Shown here piece after piece: positions 36,114-45,147 of a DNA stretch of 64,000 nt (its first letter is position 1; every line of letters begins with the position of its first letter). The notes under the pieces are model-generated. The model did no database searches. It saw nothing but the letters and a program-made list of their open reading frames with translations, and was not told the DNA's origin. The translations under genes and the position numbers were made by a program. Source of the DNA: a virus; the IMG/VR virus record IMGVR_UViG_3300049571_000380, positions 32,001 to 96,000 of that record; one strand, given 5' to 3'.

Positions 36114-36287
36114 TCACCCATCAGCCGCCGCCCTGTCGCGCCCCTGCCGGTTCACGTCACGCCGGGCCAGCTCCCTTTTGCTCTCCGGCCAGCGGAACAC
36201 CGCCCACCACAACTCGGTCAGCCGGTCCAGCGCCGGTTCACGTCCGGGCGGGGTTCGGCGGGAGACCCAGACGGGCACGAAGCTCAC
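36114..36287 (-). CDS. hypothetical protein
   Basis: GTG after GAGGAGGAG. Confidence 0.55.
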   Translation of the reverse strand: MSFVPVWVSRRTPPGREPALDRLTELWWAVFRWPESKRELARRDVNRQGRDRAAADG

Positions 36288-36870
36288 GATTCTCCTCCTC
36301 CAGGTACTGCATCCGCAGCTCCTCATCGGCCGCCGACCCTTCGCGCACGTACGCGTAGTGCTCGCCGAAGTGGCCGCCGTCCGGACCTACCGGCTCAGCG
36401 CACTCGAACGTGCGGCCCGCCTCCGTCCAGGTGTGGCCGCAAAGGACGCGACGGCACCGATTGTCCACCAGCTCCTCGCCCGACGTCAGGAACAGTTCCA
36501 GCTTGTCGGCCACGTGACCTCTGACGATGTCGCCCTCGGCGTCCTTGCGGAGGGTCTGGACGTAGATGCTGAGCAGCCGCCGGGCCGTCTGCCACTGCTG
36601 GCTCCGGTGCGACACCAGAACGGCGTGCTGACGGAGGTCTTCCAGGTTCTCCTCGTGCATGTACGCCTCGCAGGCGAGACCCTTGTCGGCGCACTTCAGC
36701 AGCTCTTCCAGCCGGGTCATCCGAGCCTGCGGATTCAGCTCCAGAAGCCGGTGCCACCACTGGCCGGGCGTGAGGTGCACTCCCTCGGCGGGCTCGCTGC
36801 GATCCTCTCCGGAGCGCAGTTGCTCGATCTGCTTCGTCAGATCCTGCACGGTGTTCAGGTCTTCCAGCAT
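36238..36870 (-). CDS. hypothetical protein with C-terminal C/H finger
   Basis: LCGH...FEC...HFGEH. Confidence 0.7.
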   Translation of the reverse strand: MLEDLNTVQDLTKQIEQLRSGEDRSEPAEGVHLTPGQWWHRLLELNPQARMTRLEELLKCADKGLACEAYMHEENLEDLRQHAVLVSHRSQQWQTARRLLSIYVQTLRKDAEGDIVRGHVADKLELFLTSGEELVDNRCRRVLCGHTWTEAGRTFECAEPVGPDGGHFGEHYAYVREGSAADEELRMQYLEEENRELRARLGLPPNPART

Positions 36871-37277
36871 CACGCCTCTTCTCCGTATTCGGGATCGCGC
36901 AGACGCGAGATGATCTGCTGCCATTCCCGATCGATCTCCATGCGCTCTTCGCGCGTGATCGGCCTGGGTCGCCGATACCTGTACCGGGTACAGACTGCTT
37001 CGTCGTGCAGGTAGCCGGTCTCGTCGAACTGGAGGCAGCAGGGATTCAGGGGATCCTGCTCAATCCCCTTCTTTGCCCGAGCCCACCACTCGATCTCGGC
37101 CTCGCGACGATCCGCCTTGCCCTTCTGCCGCCAGCCGCTCCAGAGCAGGAAGGTCGCGAGGTACAGCGTGATGATGGAGAGGGGCCACAGGCCAGCCACC
37201 ATGAACAGAACGCCCACGACGACGCAGCCGAGCGACGCGGAGAAATCCCGGAGCGCGTTCTTCTGGTGACTGGCCAT
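36870..37277 (-). CDS. membrane protein (2 TM)
   Basis: LGCVVVGVLFMVAGLWPLSIITLYLATFLLW. Confidence 0.75.
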   Translation of the reverse strand: MASHQKNALRDFSASLGCVVVGVLFMVAGLWPLSIITLYLATFLLWSGWRQKGKADRREAEIEWWARAKKGIEQDPLNPCCLQFDETGYLHDEAVCTRYRYRRPRPITREERMEIDREWQQIISRLRDPEYGEEA

Positions 37278-37289
37278 GGCTCACTTCCT

Positions 37290-37670
37290 TCAGCTCGGCG
37301 GGAGTGCCTTCGGTGCGCCGGGGCAGGTGACGGCCGTGCCGTCCATGGAGATGCGCTCGGTGAGCGGCACGTCGATGGGGCTTCGGCCGCAGCAGGGCAT
37401 CAGCCCGGATCCGTCGGGCGGGCAGGCGTGGACGATCGTGTCCTCCTCGCCTATCACGAGCACGCTCAGCCGCTCGAACTCCGTCGACAGGACCGCGAGG
37501 GCGCGGCCCACCGATTCCATCGCGGCACGTATGTCCGTGAGGTCGACCGCCAGCTTCTCCAGGCGGGCGGCGGTGTCCTCCTCGGGCTGCTCGTCCTTCT
37601 CCTCGGGCTCGGTCTCCGGCAGGGGCACGCTGATCGTGTCCTCGTCGCCGACCGTCTTGTCCTCGCTCAC
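37290..37670 (-). CDS. hypothetical protein
   Basis: HACPPDGSGLMPCCG motif. Confidence 0.7.
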   Translation of the reverse strand: MSEDKTVGDEDTISVPLPETEPEEKDEQPEEDTAARLEKLAVDLTDIRAAMESVGRALAVLSTEFERLSVLVIGEEDTIVHACPPDGSGLMPCCGRSPIDVPLTERISMDGTAVTCPGAPKALPPS

Positions 37671-37918
37671 AATTCTTCCTCCTCGCCACGGCGCCGCAGC
37701 TCGTTCACGTGGCTGCCGTCGTACCTGACCTTGTCCAGACCGGCCACTCCGAGCGAAGTGACCATTTGGTCCACCTCGTGCAGCGCCGCTGCCGCGAGCT
37801 GCGGGTTCTCGAACTGGCCGGTCTTCTGCACGCGCTCGTACTCGTCGATCAGCAGGGCGCTGGCCACACGGAGCTGGCGCAGGCTGATCTCCAGCGCACG
37901 GGCACGCTCGTCACTCAT
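37667..37918 (-). CDS. hypothetical protein
   Basis: Coupled start/stop. Confidence 0.7.
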   Translation of the reverse strand: MSDERARALEISLRQLRVASALLIDEYERVQKTGQFENPQLAAAALHEVDQMVTSLGVAGLDKVRYDGSHVNELRRRGEEEEL

Positions 37919-38255
37919 CGTCTTCCTCTCCGGATTCCGGGATCCGGTAGCCCTTGCGGCCGAGCTGGAAGGCGAGACGACCTACCGCTTCACTGTCTGC
38001 GGGCTCGCCTTCGGCCCACTCGGCGACGATCTTCAGAACCTCTCGGGCCGCCTTGTCGGTGGGCAGGAACCGCACCCAGTCGATCTTCTGGCCGTTGTGG
38101 TCCTTCAGGGACTCCAGCGAGACCCCGTCGTAGAACCGGCCCTGCATGTTGGCCACGGGTACGAACCACGGGCCGTTGCCCGGGTCGTAGAAGGCCATCG
38201 TGCGGCCGTCGTCGGAGAGCCGGAATTCCCACCCGGTGCGAGACGGGATGATCAT
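37911..38255 (-). CDS. hypothetical protein
   Basis: Coupled start/stop. Confidence 0.7.
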   Translation of the reverse strand: MIIPSRTGWEFRLSDDGRTMAFYDPGNGPWFVPVANMQGRFYDGVSLESLKDHNGQKIDWVRFLPTDKAAREVLKIVAEWAEGEPADSEAVGRLAFQLGRKGYRIPESGEEDDE

Positions 38256-38947
38256 CCGTTCAGCCCCCAGTCCGCGCGCCTTACCCGGATGAGCCAGCGC
38301 TTTACGGCCTCCCTGTTGGGCCGCTCCGCCAGCGGACTGTGGGCCCGGTCGAACCGGATCTCGGCCATACGCATGTACTTCTCACCCCGCGCCGGATCCT
38401 GCGCGATGGCCTGCCCCAGCTCGAAGACGCGCTCCGGGGTGATCTCGCTGGCACTGCTGCGCAGGTCGACGACCAGTTCGCCGTTGGTGTACAGGCGGTA
38501 GCCCTGCTCAACCAGACGCACCAGGTGCCTGGCGTGCTTTTCCGTGCGCTTGCGGGTGTCGGCGGAAAACGATCCGTCGCCCCGGTCCTTCAGCCGGGTG
38601 AACTGGCTGGTCGCGTATCCCAGGTAGGCGTCGCGGACCCGGGCCTTTGAGAGGAAGTCGACTCGCAGGTTCAGCAGCTCGGCCCCCAGGTCCGAGACCT
38701 CCTCATACCGGTCCAGCCACAGCAGCTCGGAGACCGAGGGGTTGCCGTTCAGGCAGAGCACAGCGAACTTCTTCGCCTCGTGGAAGGTGGTGTCGGGATC
38801 CTTGGTGACCACCGATTCCTTCACGTCGTTCAGCCCGAGAACTCCACTCGTCGGCGCCGCGAAAACCCCCATGTAGTCCACGTCGGAACCGTCGTGGTTC
38901 AGCCCATAGGCCGTGGAGCCCACGACGCCCTTCAGGAGCACATTCAC
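38252..38947 (-). CDS. Pol-beta superfamily nucleotidyltransferase (RlaP/YcgL-like)
   Basis: GSTAYGL....SDVD; NGNPSV.ELL; AYLGYA..Q; KHARHLVRL. Confidence 0.85.
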   Translation of the reverse strand: MNVLLKGVVGSTAYGLNHDGSDVDYMGVFAAPTSGVLGLNDVKESVVTKDPDTTFHEAKKFAVLCLNGNPSVSELLWLDRYEEVSDLGAELLNLRVDFLSKARVRDAYLGYATSQFTRLKDRGDGSFSADTRKRTEKHARHLVRLVEQGYRLYTNGELVVDLRSSASEITPERVFELGQAIAQDPARGEKYMRMAEIRFDRAHSPLAERPNREAVKRWLIRVRRADWGLNG

Positions 38948-39008
38948 TTCCTTCTCCCTTCCGGTTTCTCTCAGTAGGTGCAGCCACACTGGGTGCCGTA
39001 CGCGTCGA

Positions 39009-39722
39009 TCACTCCATGGCTTCCTTGTGGAGGCTGTAGGCGACGGGCTTACCGACGCCATACCTCTCCTTGATCTGCTCGATCGAGAGGTTGCCATCGC
39101 GGATCTCCTGCACTCGCGCAGCGCGCGACCTTGGGGCGGGCTCGATAAAGCCGGAACCGTCAGGGGGAGCCGGGAAGCCCATCTGCTCCAGGGTCCAGCC
39201 CAGGTCGCCCGTGTCGTACCCGGCTCCGTTGTTCACGTCGGTGATCCACTTCCAGACCGCCTTCACCAGGTCGTCGCGCTCGGTCTCGGCCTTCATCCGC
39301 GCCTGGTGCGGAGTCAGCTTCCCGGGCTCGTCGCGCTGGACAGTGACGATGTAGCGCTCGCGCGGCTCCTCAGCCAGCTTGACGCCCATCTCCACTTTCG
39401 AGCCGACCTTCGGCAGGAGGTCCATGGCGGTCTCCGAGTAGTTCGGCCCGTCCTGGACCAGCCCACGGCAGACGCCCACCCAGATCGCCACGAAGTCCCG
39501 TGCAGGCTCCAGGTCCATCGACGCGCCGTTGCGGAAATCGGCGGCCTTGATCTTTATCTGGGCGACCTGCTCGGCCAGCCACTGCTCCGTCGCCGCGTCC
39601 TGGAGGAGATCCGAGACGACCTTCTCCGCCTGGTCCAGGTTCAGGTGCCGGGCGCTCTTCGGGGACGCCTGCTTCAGCAGCCCCATGAACTCCTCGGCAA
39701 GATACTCCATCGCCTCGCTCAC
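39009..39722 (-). CDS. hypothetical protein with C-terminal HTH-like segment
   Basis: LSIEQIKERYGVGKPVAYSL. Confidence 0.65.
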   Translation of the reverse strand: MSEAMEYLAEEFMGLLKQASPKSARHLNLDQAEKVVSDLLQDAATEQWLAEQVAQIKIKAADFRNGASMDLEPARDFVAIWVGVCRGLVQDGPNYSETAMDLLPKVGSKVEMGVKLAEEPRERYIVTVQRDEPGKLTPHQARMKAETERDDLVKAVWKWITDVNNGAGYDTGDLGWTLEQMGFPAPPDGSGFIEPAPRSRAARVQEIRDGNLSIEQIKERYGVGKPVAYSLHKEAME

Positions 39723-39814
39723 TCCGCCACCTTCTCCAGTCTGATCATCGAATCGATTCCGACCCTCACGCGGAAATCGTGCGCGCAGGGGCCGAATCTC
39801 CTCCGCCACACCCA

Positions 39815-40162
39815 TCAGCTGTCCAGGTCCGCGATGATCCGGAATCCGATCGCGTTGACCGGCGGGATCTCGGCCTGCCGCAGGAAGCGCTGAATCTGAC
39901 CGCGCCACACCGCCATCTGCTCCTCGGTGAAGTCGGCCACGTCGACCGGCTTGGGCTCCAGGGGCTCTGCGCTCTCGCAGTACGTGGTAATGAACAGCTC
40001 CTGGTTGCCGTAGCTGCCTGCCTCCAGGTAGCCGAGGTCGGCGCCGGTCTCCGCGTTGTACTCGCGCAGCGCGCCCTTTTCCTCCAGGAGTTCCTTGAAG
40101 TGGCTTCCGACCTTCACGCAGAAGGCCAGGTAACCCCTCGCGTACTGCCTCACGAAATCCAC
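39815..40162 (-). CDS. hypothetical protein
   Basis: 115-aa ORF in operon. Confidence 0.7.
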   Translation of the reverse strand: MDFVRQYARGYLAFCVKVGSHFKELLEEKGALREYNAETGADLGYLEAGSYGNQELFITTYCESAEPLEPKPVDVADFTEEQMAVWRGQIQRFLRQAEIPPVNAIGFRIIADLDS

Positions 40163-40650
40163 TCCTCTTGACGGGGTGCGATGTTCAGGACTTGGGCGCT
40201 CATGCAGGGCCAGGAGACACGTCGGCCCATGCGGTACATCTCGTCAGACCCGGTGTCCTGGTTGCGAACCTTGACCCACTTCCAGTCGACACACCGGGCG
40301 CAGACCATCCGGCTCACGTTGGTCCGGTTCGCCCCGTACTCGTCGACCGGCCGGTGGCCGAAGTCGTCGTCGGAGACGAGCTGGACCGCGATCTCCTGGA
40401 ATCGCGGGTAGCAGACGGCGCAGGGCTCCAGGTCGCGGATCGCCGCCTGGTCGATCGAAATCGCCTCGGCGGCCGGAGGCTTCTCCCCGGCGCAGCCGCA
40501 GTACGGGTCGCCGCACCGGCACGCGAAGATCATGTGGCCAGCCCCACGGGCCGGGCACTCCGGATCCTCATGGAAGCGCCGGGCCCTGCGGGACACGTAG
40601 ACCGTGTTCGATCCCTCCGTGAGGGACATCAGCGCGACGGCGAGCTTCAT
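40150..40650 (-). CDS. Cys-rich protein (Ada-metal-binding-like FH...C...C..C)
   Basis: RRFHEDPEC...LEPCAVC. Confidence 0.6.
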   Translation of the reverse strand: MKLAVALMSLTEGSNTVYVSRRARRFHEDPECPARGAGHMIFACRCGDPYCGCAGEKPPAAEAISIDQAAIRDLEPCAVCYPRFQEIAVQLVSDDDFGHRPVDEYGANRTNVSRMVCARCVDWKWVKVRNQDTGSDEMYRMGRRVSWPCMSAQVLNIAPRQEEWIS

Positions 40651-40940
40651 TTCTCGTCACCCTTCGCGGCCTCGTTCGCCAGCTTCTCCTGGTGGGCCTT
40701 CTCGGCGTCGATGTCGGCCTTCAGGTCCAGACGCTCGTAGGTCATCCAGCGGCCGGTGTCCTTCTGCCACTCGTAGACCGTCACGCGAACGACCCGGCTG
40801 GAGCCCTCGCGGATCAGCTCGCGCTCACCGTTGATGCCCGCGTAGCAGGTCGGCTTCGAGCGGAACTTCTTTTCCGGCAGGGGCGCCGCCGCCGTGAACG
40901 GCACGTACTTCCAGGTGTAGGTCGGCCTCTTCGTCGCCAC
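40647..40940 (-). CDS. hypothetical protein
   Basis: SD GAGGAGAAGG. Confidence 0.7.
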   Translation of the reverse strand: MATKRPTYTWKYVPFTAAAPLPEKKFRSKPTCYAGINGERELIREGSSRVVRVTVYEWQKDTGRWMTYERLDLKADIDAEKAHQEKLANEAAKGDEK

Positions 40941-40967
40941 GTTCCTTCTCCTCTCCGGTTCCGCCCG

Positions 40968-41183
40968 TCAGGCGGGCGGCTCTTCCCTCATCCGCGCCAG
41001 CAGTTCATCCATCGAGCTGACCGGCGGGGTACGGCCGTCCCCGAAGGTGACGACCCTCCATGCTCTGTACTGGTCGAGGGCCCACTGACCCGGGTCAACC
41101 CCGTCCGGCGGGCCTTCTGCGTCCGTGCACATGCGCTTCCTCCCTTCCACCCGGCGAGCCGGGCCGCATGGAGAATAGCGCAC
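40968..41183 (-). CDS. possible small hypothetical protein
   Basis: In-operon ORF; start uncertain (possibly MCTDAEG). Confidence 0.45.
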   Translation of the reverse strand: MRYSPCGPARRVEGRKRMCTDAEGPPDGVDPGQWALDQYRAWRVVTFGDGRTPPVSSMDELLARMREEPPA

Positions 41184-41237
41184 TGTTCGAACGGAACTTG
41201 CTTGTGAAACAGGAATGTTCGATATGCAGGTGTCCGG

Positions 41238-41594
41238 TTACTGCGAGTTCGCCACCGATGCGACCGAAACCGGCTTCTCGCCGGACCCGACGTGAGGGGC
41301 GAAGAGCTTCACGAGGACCGGCATCTTCGGTTCGTTGCGGTGCATGGCCGCCCGGGTGTCCAGGAGACCGGCCCCGCGCAGTGCGGCGATCTGCTTGATG
41401 ATCGTGGTGGCCCCGGCGTTGCGCCCGGCGATACCCGGGTGAAGCCGCATCAGCCCTTCCAGCGTCACCGGGAAGTACTCGTCCACGGCGTCGGCCTCAC
41501 GGGAGGCGGCGTCGAGAATCGCGTAGAGCCGGAAGGCGCCGTGCGGAAGGTTCGGGGTCAGGGCTGCCGCAAGGACGCGGTCGGTCGGCTGCAT
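41238..41594 (-). CDS. winged-HTH DNA-binding protein, paralogue A
   Basis: AALTPNLPHGAFRLYAIL...TTIIKQIAALRGAGLL. Confidence 0.7.
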   Translation of the reverse strand: MQPTDRVLAAALTPNLPHGAFRLYAILDAASREADAVDEYFPVTLEGLMRLHPGIAGRNAGATTIIKQIAALRGAGLLDTRAAMHRNEPKMPVLVKLFAPHVGSGEKPVSVASVANSQ

Positions 41595-41650
41595 GTGCTT
41601 CTCCTTTCCGAGAGCCACAGTACACCCTTTTCCAGAGCCGAGCGCAAGGG

Positions 41651-42025
41651 TTAGCGAGAAGAACGAATCCAGCCAGGCACGTTCAGCAGAGCCTGCTTGA
41701 TTCGGGCCAACACCGAGGCCGGGTCTTCGCGCAGCTCCAGGAGGCGGAGGTGCAACTGAACCTTCGACCACTGGGGTCCGATGATCTCGATCAGTCCCTC
41801 TTCTTGCAGCTCACGTAGCGCATCCCGGAAAGCGGTCTCGCCGGGTTGCTTTCCCCGTACACCTGGAATCAGCTCCTTCAGCACGGGCACGGAAACGGCA
41901 GTGGTCCGCTCGCGGCTGGACTTGCCGTCCAGCAAGAGGACCATCGCGGCGTACACCCGAAACGAGTTGTGGGTGAGGTTGCGGTTCACGAGGGCAGCGC
42001 AGATGCGTCCTTCGACAGGGTTCAC
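41651..42025 (-). CDS. winged-HTH DNA-binding protein, paralogue B
   Basis: AALVNRNLTHNSFRVYAAM...TAFRDALRELQEEGLIE. Confidence 0.75.
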   Translation of the reverse strand: MNPVEGRICAALVNRNLTHNSFRVYAAMVLLLDGKSSRERTTAVSVPVLKELIPGVRGKQPGETAFRDALRELQEEGLIEIIGPQWSKVQLHLRLLELREDPASVLARIKQALLNVPGWIRSSR

Positions 42026-42858
42026 GTTCTCCTCCTTTACCGAGAACTCTATCAGATTTCCGTGGACCTCACGTCCTCCTCCACCACGAAGCCGCCTGCG
42101 CCCGCCTGACGGCCTCAGCCACCCACCGACCGCCGCAGGGCCGCAGCGACCCCTACGCGCGCCCTGGAGCGGCGCTCAGCCCCCTCCTGGCCCGCACCCT
42201 GCCGACCGCCTCAGCCACCAGATCTTTTTGGAGCGAAGCGAGTCCTCCGTCCTCCGCCGCCAGGCCGGGCGCCAGCCCGGATGGCGGGCCCTTGCCTACA
42301 GGTACAGACAGGAGAGAGGAGGATGTTTCTGTTCTTAAAGAGTGGGTGGTTCCGCAGGTCAGGGCGCAAGTAGGGGTTCAATACTCTCTTTTTTCCGGAC
42401 GACTGGCAGCCAAAGTTAATCACCATGAATAGGTATGAATCGGACAGCACATACCCCTCCCTACCCATCCTAGGTCAAGGCTCAATGTTGACATCGGAAG
42501 CCCTGATCGCACTGCGCGACATGCTCGTCCTGACCTGCACATATGACAGCATGCGGGTGCCTGCCCCCTGGCAGATTCGGGTTACCCCTCAGCTTCCAAG
42601 TCTGATTCGGTCCCCGAACCACCGAGAACCGCAGGTCAGATGAGCCATACCCATGGAGGGTATTAATTCGGACTTATTGGTAATAAACCCATCAATTCGG
42701 GCTGCTCTTGTCGGCGCCATGTCAAGTCGAGGGTGCAGCCCGCCCGTCAAACTGGGGCATCGTGGGAGAATCTTCGTACCTTCGAAGGGCATGAACAACG
42801 GGCTGACCACCGGCATCGCACCCCGTACGATCAGGGACAACAGACCCGGGAGGCAGGC
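42026..42858. promoter_or_regulatory. 830-bp divergent non-coding region, AT-richer centre; candidate origin or late promoter
   Basis: No credible ORF; GCAGGTCA at 42354, 42531 (reverse) and 42631; ATACCC-N5-GGGTAT at 42647-42663. Confidence 0.6.
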
Positions 42859-43347
42859 ATGGCAGCCGTTGGAACGACCGCTTCGCAGGACGTGTACCCC
42901 GTCGACTTCGGCTCCGTGATCGGACAGATCCGGGCGCTCATTCCCGACGTCGAGCAGGTCGACTACTCGGACTCGGGGATCGCCGAGTACATGTTCAGCG
43001 ACGCGCACCTGCGGGGGCTGTACACGATCGCCATCGGCGAGGGGTCGGCGCGGATCTACCGGGCGGCGGCTTCGGCGCTCCGGGCGCTGGCCGTCTCCGA
43101 AGGTCTGATCCAGAAGGTCATCCGTACGGAAGACCTTCAGACCGATGGCGCGAAGCTGGCGGGCGCCCTGCTCGCCGGGGCGAAGCAGCTCGAAGACCGG
43201 GCGGATGCGGCCGACGAGGACTCCGAGATCATGATGATCGTCGACTTCCAGCCGGTGCCGCAGGACGGTTTCCCCTACAGCCTGCACGGTTTCCCCCAGG
43301 GGTGGACCGCAGGGATCGGCGGTCCTACCTTCGCGCGCTGGCTGTGA
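42859..43347 (+). CDS. head-to-tail adaptor
   Basis: IGQIRALIPD...FSD..L...IYRAAA.AL..LA. Confidence 0.75.
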   Translation: MAAVGTTASQDVYPVDFGSVIGQIRALIPDVEQVDYSDSGIAEYMFSDAHLRGLYTIAIGEGSARIYRAAASALRALAVSEGLIQKVIRTEDLQTDGAKLAGALLAGAKQLEDRADAADEDSEIMMIVDFQPVPQDGFPYSLHGFPQGWTAGIGGPTFARWL

Positions 43348-43449
43348 CAAGGGGATCCAGGGATACGGGTGAAGATTCCCCGAACTTAGATCCTACTGGT
43401 GCGTAGCCGGGTAGTTTCCGTGGATCCAGCTTCTGGGAGAGCAGGGACC

Positions 43450-43638
43450 ATGGAAAAGAAGGACTACGAGCCGCCGATCATCGTCACTGAGGGAGGTGGA
43501 AAGATCACCATCTCCTACGACCAGACCGAAGTCTCCATTCCTGAGAACGGCCCGGTACCCAGTGGGACCCCGCCTCTCGCCTGTCGCATCTTCAACGCGC
43601 TGAAGTGCGATCTTCCGGGGCGTCTGCGTGCAGAATAG
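43450..43638 (+). CDS. hypothetical protein
   Basis: 62 aa in tail operon. Confidence 0.55.
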   Translation: MEKKDYEPPIIVTEGGGKITISYDQTEVSIPENGPVPSGTPPLACRIFNALKCDLPGRLRAE

Positions 43639-43643
43639 GCCCC

Positions 43644-44213
43644 ATGGCCTCACTCAACAGGCGCAGCGCCCTGGATCCCCGCTGGCAACTGCACCAGCGG
43701 TCGGTTCCTCGCGGCCACATGAACGCGGCGGTGGAAATCTTCCGCAGGCCGTCGCAGGGTGGCGAGTACGGCTTCGACCCTATCTCCGGCGGCCTGACGA
43801 TTCCCGATGGGCAGGGCGGAGAGAAGTTCCCTGAGCTGATCCTGCTGTACCGGGGTCCGGGTCGTATCGCGAACAACAAGGACTGGCGAGCCCGGGTCAG
43901 GACCCAGCGCGGCGACATGGGTACGGACCACGCGATCCGCGTCCAGGTGCCGATCCGGACGTGCCCCCCGGTCCATGCCAACGACCTGGTGCGCGCCATC
44001 GAACCGGACCCGAACGATCCGGAACTCGGTCATCTGGTCCTCGGAGATCCGGAACTGGTCCATTACCTTTTCCACGTACGCAACCCGCTCATGTCCTCGA
44101 ACGCATGGCTGAGGAATGTCCTCTGTGACGTGGACGCGGCGCATCCGCAGACGCTGCCGCCCCCTTTCACCATGGAGGTCACCACCTTGAGCAACGGGGT
44201 GATGGGTCCTTGA
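43644..44213 (+). CDS. head closure/stopper protein (DUF6093-like)
   Basis: LYRGPGRI...VQVP; position after adaptor. Confidence 0.65.
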   Translation: MASLNRRSALDPRWQLHQRSVPRGHMNAAVEIFRRPSQGGEYGFDPISGGLTIPDGQGGEKFPELILLYRGPGRIANNKDWRARVRTQRGDMGTDHAIRVQVPIRTCPPVHANDLVRAIEPDPNDPELGHLVLGDPELVHYLFHVRNPLMSSNAWLRNVLCDVDAAHPQTLPPPFTMEVTTLSNGVMGP

Positions 44214-44232
44214 CCAGGGGAGAGGTAGCCAC

Positions 44233-45147
44233 GTGGGCCTGAAGATTGCGCTGCTCAGCCGGGACAATGGCGTGGGTCTGTCGCTGGATACCGCTCTGCT
44301 CACCGAGCTTTTCGAGTCGGCTGGGCATGAGGTCGAATTCCATGACTGGCAGGCCAAGGAGATGCCCAGGACGGACGTCGCCTTTCACCTGGAGCTGGTC
44401 AGCCGGAATCTCGCTCAGTTCGCCGACAAGAACATCGCGATCCTGAATCTGGAATGGTACCCACGAGAGTGGATGAAGTACCTTCCGGCGTTCGACCAGA
44501 TCTGGGCGAAAAGCCATTACGCCCTGCGGTTCTGTCGCAACCGGGGAGGCAAGAACGTCCAGCTCACAGGTTTTCTGGGAACGGATCTCCACGATCCCGA
44601 CGTGAAGCGCGAGCTGAAGTGCATGCACCTGCGCGGCAGGTCCGGCATGAAGGGCACCGAGCAGGTGATCGGGGCCTGGCAGAAGGACTCCACGCTGCCC
44701 CCACTCACGATCATCTCGAAGGACGAGGTGCATGTCCCCGCCGGGCTGGAGGACCGCATCACGATCGTCCTGTCACCCTCCGACGAGGAGCGCAACCGGC
44801 TGATGAACGAGGCGCAGATCCACGTCTGCCCTTCCATCGCCGAGGGGTGGGGCCACTACATCACCGAGGCCATGTCGGTGGGGGCGATCGTGGTGACGAC
44901 CGACGCGTCCCCGATGAACGAGCACATCAGGCCGGAGTGGGGTTACCTCGTTGGGGTGACCAGCACGCGCAACCACCACCAGGCGATCCTCACGTACACC
45001 TCCCCGACGCTGATCGCCGAGGCGGTCCGGAGGGCCGCCGCTCTCGCGCCGGAGCGCCGCGAGCAGATCGGGAACGCGGCACGCGCCCGCTTCCTGAAGC
45101 GCAATGCAGAGTTCAGGGAAATCGCACTGAGGTTGGTGGAACGGTGA
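44233..45147 (+). CDS. glycosyltransferase, GT-B fold
   Basis: HVCPSIAEGWGHYITEAMSVGAIVVTTDASPMNE (E-X7-E). Confidence 0.9.
   Translation: MGLKIALLSRDNGVGLSLDTALLTELFESAGHEVEFHDWQAKEMPRTDVAFHLELVSRNLAQFADKNIAILNLEWYPREWMKYLPAFDQIWAKSHYALRFCRNRGGKNVQLTGFLGTDLHDPDVKRELKCMHLRGRSGMKGTEQVIGAWQKDSTLPPLTIISKDEVHVPAGLEDRITIVLSPSDEERNRLMNEAQIHVCPSIAEGWGHYITEAMSVGAIVVTTDASPMNEHIRPEWGYLVGVTSTRNHHQAILTYTSPTLIAEAVRRAAALAPERREQIGNAARARFLKRNAEFREIALRLVER

Noticed and set aside
42488-42493. TTGACA as a -35 box
   Set aside because: No TANNNT at 16-19 bp spacing
44454-45143. N-terminal 230-aa extension of the GT-A ORF in the track
   Set aside because: Overlaps the GT-B gene in another frame; the real start is the GTG at 45144 coupled to the GT-B stop
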